Shown: positions 57,047 through 64,000 of the stretch, in pieces
Layout of the letters: each line of letters begins with the position of its first letter
Numbering within the stretch: position 1 is the first letter of the stretch
From: an uncultured Clostridia bacterium
Lineage (GTDB): Bacteria > Bacillota > Clostridia > TANB77 > CAG-465
Assembly: GCA_934130595.1 (NCBI GenBank)
Contig: CAKOYF010000001.1
Span: 1,966-65,965 of the forward strand
Length of the DNA stretch: 64,000 nt
Direction: 5' to 3'
Translations under genes and position numbers: made by a program
The notes under the pieces: model-generated
Seen by the model: the letters and a program-made list of their open reading frames with translations, nothing else
What the model was told of the DNA's origin: nothing
Database searches by the model: none

Positions 57047-59992
57047 CTAGTTTTCTTTTTTAGTAGATAATACTTTCATTAAAGCATATCCTGAAATACT
57101 TACTAAAGCTACTACTAGTACTATTGTCATATCTGCACTTAATAATCCACCAGTTTGTGGTAATCTTTCTTCTTTGTTGTAAATTACTGTTTTGATTATA
57201 TCTTCGTTTTCAACTTTGAACATGTATGTGTTTTCATCTTTTATATATCCGTTTGGAGCTTCTACTTCTTTGAAGTAATATGTTCCATAAGGGATTTTCT
57301 TAGATAAAGCTTCACCATTTTCGTCTGAAACGATTGTATCAACAACTTCACCTTGTTCATTTGTTATTTCAAATTTAGCGCCTGCAAGTGGAGTTTTAGT
57401 TCCTTCTATTAATTTGTATATTAATAGTTGTCCTTTAACATAGTAGTTAACAACATTTTCGATTACATTTTGTCCATCTTCTACGATTGTAAATTCATGG
57501 AATGAAGTGTCTATTGCTATGCCTTCTGGAGCTTTAACTTCTTTGTAGTAATATGTTCCTTTTTCTAGCTCTTTAGATTCTGCAATACCTTCTTCATTTG
57601 TAGTCATTTCATCTATTTTTTGTTTATTTGAATCGTATATTTCGAAAGTAACACCAGCTAGTGGTTCATTGTTTTCATCAACTTTAATTATTTTTAGTTT
57701 ACCATGTTTTAGTTCGTTGATTACTGTTTTTTGTATTACTTGATTATTTTCAGTTAATACAAATTGATGTTCGCTTTCATCCATTACAACATTGTCTGGA
57801 GCTTTAGTCTCTTTGTAGTAATATGTTCCTAGTGGTAATTCTTTAGAGCTTGCTTTACCATCTTTGTTTGTAATGATGTGATCTACGACATTTTTGCTTT
57901 CGTCTAAGATATCAAATTCTACTCCATCAAGTGGTGTATTATTGCTATCTATTTTTGTTATTTGTAAAGTTCCTTTTGCAACTTTATTAACAACTTTAAC
58001 TGATACTAATTTTCCATCATTTGTGATTTCAAATTTGTATTCGTTGCTGTCTATAACATATCCATTTGGTACTTCTATTTCTTTATAGTAGTATGTTCCT
58101 GGTGTTAATTCTTTACTTACAGCAATACCATTTGCATCTGTTATTACTGTTTCAACAACTTTTTTATTTTCATCTAAGATATTGAACTTAACATTTGCTA
58201 TTGCTCTGTCATCATCACTTACTTTAGTTATTTTTAAAGAACCTTTAATTTTTTCATTAACGATATCTTTTCTAACTATTTGATCTTGTGTTTCTACTTT
58301 AAATTCATATACTCCACTATCAATTTTTACATTGTCTGGAGCTTCTATTTCTTGATAATAGTAAGTTCCTAATGGTAAGTTTTTAGCTCCTGCAAGTCCT
58401 TTTGCATTAGTTGTTAATGTTAATATAACATTTTTATCTGCATCTAAAATGTTGAATTTTACACCTTCAATTGGTGTTTTATCTTCATCTGTTTTTACTA
58501 TTAATAAGTTACCTTTACATCTTTCGTTTGTTACTGTTTGATAGAATGTTCTATTTACTTCATCAACTTTTAAAGTGTAAGTTTTAGTATCCATTATATA
58601 TCCTTCTGGAGCAGATATTTCTTTGAAGTAATATGTTCCATAGTCTAAGTTGATACTAGCTTTACCTTCTTCATTAGTTGTTACTCTTCCAACAACTTTA
58701 TTGTTGCTATCTTGTATCTCAAAAGTTACGTTTGCTAATGGTTTGTTTGTATCATCTACTTTTGTTATAACTAATCTACCAGTTATTCTGTTGTTTACAA
58801 ATTTAACTTCTGCAGTTTGATTTGCTACAACAGTTACATTTTTGCTTTTTTCAGTTATTGTATAACCTTGTGGTGCTGATACTTCTTCTAATATGTATTG
58901 TCCTTGTGGTACTTTGTAGAAGTTTATAATACCATCATCACCAGTTGTTACTTGACCGTAACTTTTTCCTGTTGTGTCTTTAAGTTCAAATGTTGCTCCT
59001 GATACTGGTTGATCATCTTGGTCAACTTTAACTAGTTTAATTTTTCCTAAAGTTGTTACTTTTTCCCATTCTATTGTTAATTCTCTTTCAGCTGTATTTG
59101 GTTCAGTTTCTATTTTTACATAGTCTTGAACTGTCTCACCTGGTTTTGTATAAATAGCACCAACTTTTCTGTCTATATCTGTTGTAAATTTAATTTTGAA
59201 AGTTTTGCTATCTTCTGATGAGCTCATTCTTACATATACAGAATCTCCACTAGATAATGATGTTTTTTCATTACCGTTTGCATCTGTTATTTTAGCAGAT
59301 GCAGGTGCATTTATTAATGATGCTGTTATAGATTTAACTATAGCAGATTGTGTTCCTTCTATTGTTACAGTATAAGGTCCAATTAAAGCATCATTACCTA
59401 AATAACTTAAACCAGCTTGGCTGTTATCTATAACCATTGTAGGTACTGTTGTATATGGATTAGCTTCAGCCATAGCAACTAATCTTTTTGCAGCAGCTAC
59501 TGATTTGTTATAGAAATCTTCTTTTCCTGCTTTAGGACTTACATTTTCTACTCTAAATATCAATCCTGATTTTTGAGATTCACCTGTTCTGTTCATAACT
59601 TCCCATAAAGCCATTTGTGTTGCCATATAAGCTTCATCTTCGTTATCGCATCCTAAAGCTGCAGGTGAATTGTTTGGGTAACCATTCATTAATATAGCCA
59701 TACCTTGGTCAGATAAATAGCTTCTAAATGTCATAGTACCGCTTGGTGCTGGACATGTGTAGTCAATACAATATGCTACATCTCCACCTAATGTTGCTCT
59801 ACTATACCAAACATTTTTTCCATTTCCTGAATCATAACCTACAGATACTACTCCTGGTGAATAGTATTGTAATTGTTGTGCTGTTGCTTTAACAGCAAAT
59901 GGACTAAATTCTAGCATAAGTAAAGCTACAAGTAAAACCATACTAGTAATTTTAAGTTTAAGTCTTTTAACGTTTTTAAATATTTTTACCAT
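57047..59992 (-). CDS. LPXTG-anchored adhesin: thioester (TQXA) head plus seven CnaB/SpaA-type repeats
   Basis: Signal peptide. AYCIDY Cys motif and ATQMALWE TQxA(L)W motif. Seven units of roughly 90 aa with G.L.I.K.D...PL.G..F.I.D / GTYYYKE..AP.GY / V.NE. C-terminal LPQTG plus TM plus KKEN. ATG at 59992 is 9 nt from GGAGG; the GTG at 59998 is too close. Confidence 0.88.
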   Translation of the reverse strand: MVKIFKNVKRLKLKITSMVLLVALLMLEFSPFAVKATAQQLQYYSPGVVSVGYDSGNGKNVWYSRATLGGDVAYCIDYTCPAPSGTMTFRSYLSDQGMAILMNGYPNNSPAALGCDNEDEAYMATQMALWEVMNRTGESQKSGLIFRVENVSPKAGKEDFYNKSVAAAKRLVAMAEANPYTTVPTMVIDNSQAGLSYLGNDALIGPYTVTIEGTQSAIVKSITASLINAPASAKITDANGNEKTSLSSGDSVYVRMSSSEDSKTFKIKFTTDIDRKVGAIYTKPGETVQDYVKIETEPNTAERELTIEWEKVTTLGKIKLVKVDQDDQPVSGATFELKDTTGKSYGQVTTGDDGIINFYKVPQGQYILEEVSAPQGYTITEKSKNVTVVANQTAEVKFVNNRITGRLVITKVDDTNKPLANVTFEIQDSNNKVVGRVTTNEEGKASINLDYGTYYFKEISAPEGYIMDTKTYTLKVDEVNRTFYQTVTNERCKGNLLIVKTDEDKTPIEGVKFNILDADKNVILTLTTNAKGLAGAKNLPLGTYYYQEIEAPDNVKIDSGVYEFKVETQDQIVRKDIVNEKIKGSLKITKVSDDDRAIANVKFNILDENKKVVETVITDANGIAVSKELTPGTYYYKEIEVPNGYVIDSNEYKFEITNDGKLVSVKVVNKVAKGTLQITKIDSNNTPLDGVEFDILDESKNVVDHIITNKDGKASSKELPLGTYYYKETKAPDNVVMDESEHQFVLTENNQVIQKTVINELKHGKLKIIKVDENNEPLAGVTFEIYDSNKQKIDEMTTNEEGIAESKELEKGTYYYKEVKAPEGIAIDTSFHEFTIVEDGQNVIENVVNYYVKGQLLIYKLIEGTKTPLAGAKFEITNEQGEVVDTIVSDENGEALSKKIPYGTYYFKEVEAPNGYIKDENTYMFKVENEDIIKTVIYNKEERLPQTGGLLSADMTIVLVVALVSISGYALMKVLSTKKEN
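57050..57163 (-). other. cell-wall sorting signal (LPQTG, hydrophobic segment, basic tail)
   Basis: ERLPQTGGLLSADMTIVLVVALVSISGYALMKVLSTKKEN at the C-terminus of the adhesin. Confidence 0.85.
57173..59047 (-). repeat. seven intragenic tandem repeats, period about 270 nt (CnaB-like modules)
   Basis: The protein repeat register is about 90 aa. At DNA level the GTYYYKE-encoding block (ctttgtagtaatatgttcc and variants) recurs near 57276, 57545, 57815, 58085, 58355 and 58625. Confidence 0.85.
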
Positions 59993-60047
59993 ATTCACAT
60001 ACCTCCTTAAACAAACCTATAACTTTTTATCTCTAGTTCACAATATC

Positions 60048-60076
60048 ATTATACCACACTTTTTCGTTGTAGTCAA
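60048..60076 (-). promoter_or_regulatory. sigma-A type promoter of the adhesin gene
   Basis: TTGACT (60071-60076), 17 nt, TGgTATAAT (60048-60053) on the minus strand. Confidence 0.75.
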
Positions 60077-60273
60077 TGTTTTTAGGAGGTAATAGCAAGA
60101 TAATTTTACATAAAAATGCTTTTTATCTTTAATTTTAAAATTAACATAATTATACTTTTAGGCATTTATGAGGGTTTGTAACGAATTTGCACTATTTTTG
60201 CAACATTTTAGTAATATTCTTTTATAGTGCTTAATTTTAACCTTTGGGCAAAACTTTATTTTTTTTATGTTAC

Positions 60274-60308
60274 AAAAAATAAAAGTACGAAAAAATTTTT
60301 CGTACTTT
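60274..60308 (-). terminator. terminator after the ABC-2 operon
   Basis: 12-bp stem aaagtacgaaaa/ttttcgtacttt touching the stop codon. U-rich tract on the minus strand. Confidence 0.75.
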
Positions 60309-61108
60309 TAATCTTTCATAGCCATGCTATTGCCTGACTCATAGCTCTTCATTGCTCTATAAAATATTTTAACTGCTATAAATAAGTATATTGCTCCTAC
60401 TACAAATATTAATAATAAATTTAATATACTAAAGTTTTCCATTATCCTTGCTGGTATATACGCAACATATGCAACAGGAACTACTGTGTATAATATTATT
60501 TTTATTCCTATTTTAAATATGTTTTCTGGATAAGTGGCAAATGTTATAAAAAGCATTTCAACATATCTATTAGCTATTGTTTGTGTATCTCCAATCCATA
60601 CAGATACAGCTCTACATATAATTTCAGTTGAGAAAAAGAATACACTACCAAAAGTTGCTATTGCTATTAATAAAAGTATTTTTCCTATATCTCCACCTGT
60701 TGCTATAATTCCAACAAACAATCCATATAGTAAATCACCAAAAGCGCTAAACTCACATTTAGATGTGGCTACATTTAGTAATAGATTTTTTGGCTGTAAT
60801 AGATAACTGTCCATTGCACCTGTAATTATATATTTATTAATTTGTTGTACTCCGGCAAAGAAAAAATATGTTATGCCGTATGACATAGTAGAAAAAGCCC
60901 ATATATATAATACATTATTAAATACTAGTCCACTATCTTGTCCTCCGTTTTTAAATACTACTGACCAAAATACAAGAAAAAAAGCATTATTTATGAACAT
61001 AAATATAGTCTGTATAAGAAAGCTTACTTTATACGCCATTGCTGACTTTATACTAACTTTTATAGCATTAAAGAAATATTTTATATTATTTTTAACCTCC
61101 ATTAACAT
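60308..61108 (-). CDS. ABC-2 family transporter permease
   Basis: Six TM helices. Paired with a paralogous permease and an ABC ATPase. 17-nt overlap with the upstream gene. Confidence 0.8.
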   Translation of the reverse strand: MLMEVKNNIKYFFNAIKVSIKSAMAYKVSFLIQTIFMFINNAFFLVFWSVVFKNGGQDSGLVFNNVLYIWAFSTMSYGITYFFFAGVQQINKYIITGAMDSYLLQPKNLLLNVATSKCEFSAFGDLLYGLFVGIIATGGDIGKILLLIAIATFGSVFFFSTEIICRAVSVWIGDTQTIANRYVEMLFITFATYPENIFKIGIKIILYTVVPVAYVAYIPARIMENFSILNLLLIFVVGAIYLFIAVKIFYRAMKSYESGNSMAMKD

Positions 61109-61865
61109 TTATATTTCTCACTCCTTTCAAATTAATAGCATAGGCTGCACCATATACTACTAATAAAGCTATTACTTGACACCCTATTAATGTCAAAGCT
61201 GTATTTAAGTCATAACTTACTAAAATTTTTCCAGGAGGAAAAACTTCATACGTAGTTGGTAAGAATCTAAGTATTGTTTGAACAGTACTAGGAAAAAATT
61301 CTATTGGCGTAAAAATTAATAGCAGCATTGCCTTTGATATCACCATATAAAACGATTTATTTTCTTCAGTCAAAAATGCAAGCATTCCTATAAATACTGA
61401 CATCATAATTGCTATACTTAGTGATAATATAAGTGATATAAAAAACAAGCATATTTGTAATGGCTCAAGTGTTATTTTACCTGCCATACATATTCCTAAA
61501 ATAATTCCAAATACAAAATTCACTCCTATATTTACTATAGATGTAGCTTCTAAAGAAATAACGTACTTCATAAAACTAAGTGGCTTAGTCAAGATATTTG
61601 CAACATCTCCATTTTTTATCATATTAGATATATTTATATAGTTCTTTTTACCAACTGAGTAAGCTATAAATTCTCCAACAATGATATACCAAATAAGTTC
61701 ATTTTTAGTATATCCTGCTACTGCTTTTCCTTGCAATATATAATTCCATAAAGCATTAAATACAAATATATGCACTGCAAAGGATAGCATAGAAAACAAA
61801 TAATCTACTTTAAAATTAAATTCAGATTTTAAATTGAATTTAAAAATAGCTAAATATTTTTTCAT
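61092..61865 (-). CDS. ABC-2 family transporter permease
   Basis: Six TM helices. 2-nt gap after the ATPase gene. Confidence 0.8.
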   Translation of the reverse strand: MKKYLAIFKFNLKSEFNFKVDYLFSMLSFAVHIFVFNALWNYILQGKAVAGYTKNELIWYIIVGEFIAYSVGKKNYINISNMIKNGDVANILTKPLSFMKYVISLEATSIVNIGVNFVFGIILGICMAGKITLEPLQICLFFISLILSLSIAIMMSVFIGMLAFLTEENKSFYMVISKAMLLLIFTPIEFFPSTVQTILRFLPTTYEVFPPGKILVSYDLNTALTLIGCQVIALLVVYGAAYAINLKGVRNINVNGG

Positions 61866-61867
61866 AA

Positions 61868-62818
61868 CTATCTCCTTTCTTGATAAATTTTCTTAATAAC
61901 ATCTTCAAGTGGTGTTGATTCAATTTGTATATCTACTATGTTTCCTACAGATGTAAAATATGAAAGCAAATCTCCCATGTTTACCTTATTAGTGTCTGCA
62001 ACTAACTCTACCTGATTATGTTCAATCTTTTGTACATTGTAATCCAGTTTAGTATTTTTTACATCCTGATCATATGAGATCTTAATTAGCTTTGTAGATA
62101 AATATTTAGACTTTAAATCTTGAATTGTTGAATCTGTGACTATAGTTCCATTATTTATAATTATTATTCTGTCACATAATGCTTCTACATCTCCAATATC
62201 ATGACTTGTAAGAAAGATTGTAGTACCTTTTTCCTCATTCATTTTCTTAATAATAGATCTTATTTTTGCCTTAGCAAATATATCTAGTCCAATAGTTGGC
62301 TCATCTAAAAATATTATTTCTGGTTCATGAAGAATGCTTCCTGCAATTTCACATATCATTCTCTGTCCTAATGATAATTTTCTTACAACTCTGTCTAATA
62401 AATCTTCTATTCCAAAAAGATTTACTATTTCGTCTATTTTCTCTTTTGCCTGTTCATCAGTCAAGTCGTATATACTGCAAAGTAATTTGTAACTATCTCT
62501 TACTGTTAAATGCATATAAAGCTGAGACTTTTGTCCAAACATACACCCAATTTTATATGCTAATTTTTTTCGATCCTTTGAAGGATCAAATCCAGCTACT
62601 GTAATTTTTCCATCTGTTGGTTGTATTATTCCTGTTAGCATTTTAATTGTTGTGCTTTTTCCCGCACCATTTGGCCCTATGAAAGCAACAATTTCTCCTT
62701 TTTCAACATTAAAGGAAACATTTTCAACTGCTTTTACATTTTGTCTTTTTTTAGGTTTAAAAAGACCTCCGCTTTTTACTACAAATGTTTTTTTCAAGTT
62801 TTCAACACATATTTGCAT
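61868..62818 (-). CDS. ABC transporter ATP-binding protein
   Basis: Walker A GPNGAGKST, signature LSLGQRM, Walker B IIFLDEPT. ATG at 62818 is 8 nt from AGGAGGG; the track start at 62836 overlaps the RBS. Confidence 0.9.
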   Translation of the reverse strand: MQICVENLKKTFVVKSGGLFKPKKRQNVKAVENVSFNVEKGEIVAFIGPNGAGKSTTIKMLTGIIQPTDGKITVAGFDPSKDRKKLAYKIGCMFGQKSQLYMHLTVRDSYKLLCSIYDLTDEQAKEKIDEIVNLFGIEDLLDRVVRKLSLGQRMICEIAGSILHEPEIIFLDEPTIGLDIFAKAKIRSIIKKMNEEKGTTIFLTSHDIGDVEALCDRIIIINNGTIVTDSTIQDLKSKYLSTKLIKISYDQDVKNTKLDYNVQKIEHNQVELVADTNKVNMGDLLSYFTSVGNIVDIQIESTPLEDVIKKIYQERR

Positions 62819-62878
62819 TATCGTATCCCTCCTCATTAATTAATTTAAGAACATCCATACCTAAATATTAATTTAAGT

Positions 62879-62940
62879 AAAAAAAAGATATTCTCATAAA
62901 AAGCTTCTCTAAAATGAGACTCCTTTTATGAAAATATCTT
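62879..62940 (-). terminator. intrinsic-terminator-like hairpin inside the 5' leader of the ABC-2 operon (candidate attenuator)
   Basis: Stem of about 19-24 bp (62885-62904 / 62922-62940, with inner tctc/gaga) followed by U8 on the minus strand (62879-62886). It lies downstream of the promoter at 63011-63039 and about 55 nt upstream of the RBS. Confidence 0.6.
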
Positions 62941-63010
62941 AAGTGTACCTTATTATTTTAAGGTTGTGTAGCTCGTTAAAAACTTATACACACTCTCATG
63001 CTATGTTTAT

Positions 63011-63039
63011 ATTCTAGCATACTTTTTCTTTTATGTCAA
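63011..63039 (-). promoter_or_regulatory. sigma-A type promoter of the ABC-2 operon
   Basis: TTGACA (63034-63039), 17 nt, TAGAAT (63011-63016) on the minus strand. Confidence 0.7.
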
Positions 63040-63056
63040 CGCTTTGCCCAAAATTT

Positions 63057-63092
63057 AGCAAAATAAAAGCCAGGATTATTATTATCCTAGCT
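63057..63092 (-). terminator. terminator of the glucosaminidase gene (overlaps its stop)
   Basis: Stem agctaggat/atcctggct as minus-strand RNA with one G-U pair, followed by UUUUAUUUU. Confidence 0.65.
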
Positions 63093-63771
63093 TTTGTACT
63101 AAACTGTTTACTATGTTGACTATTTTGTCAGCATGAGCTTTATCTGTACAATAATGTACGTCAACTGCTCTTGCTGAGTAGCCCTCAAAGTAAGCACCTC
63201 CTTCAGTCAAATAATTAGACTGAAGTTTTGAAGCAACATATAAAGTCGCTTCTTTTTTGTTAGCAAAAGTAGAAGCGTTATTTGGGTTAGAATCCACTGC
63301 GTTCCAACCATATAGGTTGTTGCGTTTTTGTGCAAACGCAGAGTTTCCAAACCCACTTTCTAGACATGCCAAGCCCATCATGTATAGAGCGTTAACTCCA
63401 TACTTTTGTTCAGCTTCTACAAAAGCTGAACCTAAGCCATTAAGCTTAGTTCCTTCTAACATTAAGTCTATTTCTTCAGGAGTCACATTAGATGCGACTC
63501 TTAGATCTGAGTTAACAGACAATGTTAGATTTTTTGTAGTTTTGTTTTCAGAAGCTTTCTCTGATACAGCATCAGATATAACATCTGGTGTAGTTTGAAC
63601 TACAGCCACACCGTATTTTTCTTTTAATGTAGAATACACTTCTTCTTGTGAAGCTGTGTAGAATCTACTGTTAAAGAAAATTCCTCCTCCAATAAATGCT
63701 AGTGTTGCTACAATTACACCTTTTTTTAATTTCTTCTTTAAATTATTCTCCTTTTTATTCTTTCTTTTCAT
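63082..63771 (-). CDS. secreted N-acetylglucosaminidase-domain peptidoglycan hydrolase
   Basis: N-terminal anchor. Glucosaminidase pattern FVEAEQKYGVNALYMMGLACLESGFGNS...NNLYGWNA. Confidence 0.8.
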   Translation of the reverse strand: MKRKNKKENNLKKKLKKGVIVATLAFIGGGIFFNSRFYTASQEEVYSTLKEKYGVAVVQTTPDVISDAVSEKASENKTTKNLTLSVNSDLRVASNVTPEEIDLMLEGTKLNGLGSAFVEAEQKYGVNALYMMGLACLESGFGNSAFAQKRNNLYGWNAVDSNPNNASTFANKKEATLYVASKLQSNYLTEGGAYFEGYSARAVDVHYCTDKAHADKIVNIVNSLVQKLG

Positions 63772-63856
63772 ATATTCCTCCTACGTACTAAAATTAATAG
63801 AAGTTTATTATAACCTCTATTAAGAGATTATTTTGACAAATAAATTCTCTATTATA

Positions 63857-63885
63857 ATTATATCATATTTTTACAATTATGTAAA
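63857..63885 (-). promoter_or_regulatory. sigma-A type promoter of the glucosaminidase gene
   Basis: TTTACA (63880-63885), 17 nt, TGaTATAAT (63857-63862) on the minus strand. Confidence 0.65.
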
Positions 63886-63903
63886 CATTTTATGTATTAA
63901 TAT

Positions 63904-63942
63904 AAAAAAAGAAAAATGTGAATAGTATTACCTATTCACATT
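63904..63942 (-). terminator. terminator of a minus-strand gene that ends at the right edge of the window
   Basis: 12-bp stem aaatgtgaatag/ctattcacattt (63913-63924 / 63931-63942) followed by U7 on the minus strand. Confidence 0.7.
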
Positions 63943-64000
63943 TCTATAATATGCTTTCCATGCCATTTTTACTCTATATGACATGTTAGCTTTTTGCTTA

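Noticed and set aside
59999-60092. Inverted repeat ACCTCCTTAAACA (60001-60013) / TGTTTTTAGGAGGT (60079-60092) bracketing the adhesin promoter. Considered as an invertible phase-variation switch or an anti-SD sequestration element.
   Set aside because: The arms are short and dominated by the SD sequence itself. The enclosed segment of about 65 bp is far shorter than known invertible switches. The upstream arm lies outside the transcript made from the only good promoter, so it cannot pair with the SD in RNA. No recombinase gene is adjacent.
60245-60254. TTTGGGCAAA at 60245-60254 and its complement at 63043-63052 flank the ABC-2 operon. Considered as cassette-boundary repeats.
   Set aside because: Only 10 nt match. 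There are no target-site duplications and no mobility genes. The operon has ordinary promoter and terminator structure.
62976-62999. Seven-codon uORF MRVCISF in the ABC-2 leader. A plus-strand ORF starting MRVC at 60168 was noted alongside it.
   Set aside because: The leader ATG sits about 5 nt from the predicted transcription start with no SD and is not at the exact 5' end. The shared MRVC start with an ORF on the opposite strand 2.8 kb away is most likely coincidence.
436-63598. The many plus-strand ORFs in the track that lie antisense inside longer minus-strand genes. Examples are 436-771, 1349-1873, 6033-6776, 7705-8121, 14942-15466, 18226-18645, 26074-26754, 38239-38923, 40266-40766, 47890-48309 and 63257-63598. 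The minus-strand ORFs 13482-13772, 22088-22357, 25148-25339 and 46879-47271 belong to the same class.
   Set aside because: Each is fully embedded opposite a gene with unmistakable conserved motifs. They have Ser/Phe/Leu/Ile-rich low-complexity translations typical of shadow frames in AT-rich DNA, and they lack RBSs.
63969-64000. Possible 3' end of a minus-strand CDS at the right edge (...SKKLTCHIE stop at 63969-63971; an alternative frame ends at about 63927).
   Set aside because: Only about 10 codons are visible and two frames are open, so neither frame nor product can be supported. Only the downstream terminator is reported.
1-64000. Search by eye for rRNA, tRNA, tmRNA/RNase P-like GC-rich islands, CRISPR repeat arrays, IS inverted repeats and prophage blocks.
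   Set aside because: No GC-rich segment of 70-120 nt with cloverleaf potential was seen in any intergenic spacer. I found no regularly spaced direct repeats outside the adhesin coding repeats, and no transposase-like ORFs.

Overview
Very AT-rich chromosomal segment from an endospore-forming Firmicute with Clostridia-like gene content. I call about 73 protein-coding genes, all but ten on the minus strand. They are tightly packed and mostly housekeeping or sporulation genes. Conserved blocks are ctsR-mcsA-mcsB-clpC, dnaG-rpoD, spoIIP-topA-trmFO-holA-gpr, spoVAC/AD/AEb, groES-groEL, scpA-deoD and recA-recX. Further along come rplM-rpsI, yunB, veg, a Ctp protease, rpsU, two pseudouridine synthases, hslO, spoIIAA-spoIIAB, sortase B, xerD, spoIIM and rnhA. 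The tail of the ribosomal spc/alpha cluster is also present (adk-map-infA-rpmJ-rpsM-rpsK-rpsD-rpoA-rplQ). Three small genes missing from the ORF track were read by eye: rpsU, rpmJ and two unnamed small ORFs counted together as the third class. Many ORF-track starts are over-extended into promoters or RBSs, and I give refined starts where a Shine-Dalgarno supports them. I saw no rRNA, tRNA, CRISPR array, IS element or prophage signature. Accessory-looking content is confined to about 54.2-63.8 kb. It holds a small membrane protein, a 1-kb ORF-free stretch, two paralogous surface proteins with thioester-type heads, an ABC-2 exporter operon and a glucosaminidase. I did not find a convincing multi-gene novel system. 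The strongest leads are: (1) a membrane-anchored paralogue of the thioester adhesin whose thioester Cys is Ser; (2) a terminator-containing 5' leader ahead of the ABC-2 operon; (3) spoIIAA-spoIIAB ending in a terminator with no sigF; (4) an HD-EAL fusion with a partly degenerate EAL site; (5) a divergent groESL pair with no CIRCE; (6) an L17 with a roughly 50-aa insertion. All function calls rest on by-eye motif recognition, not on searches.
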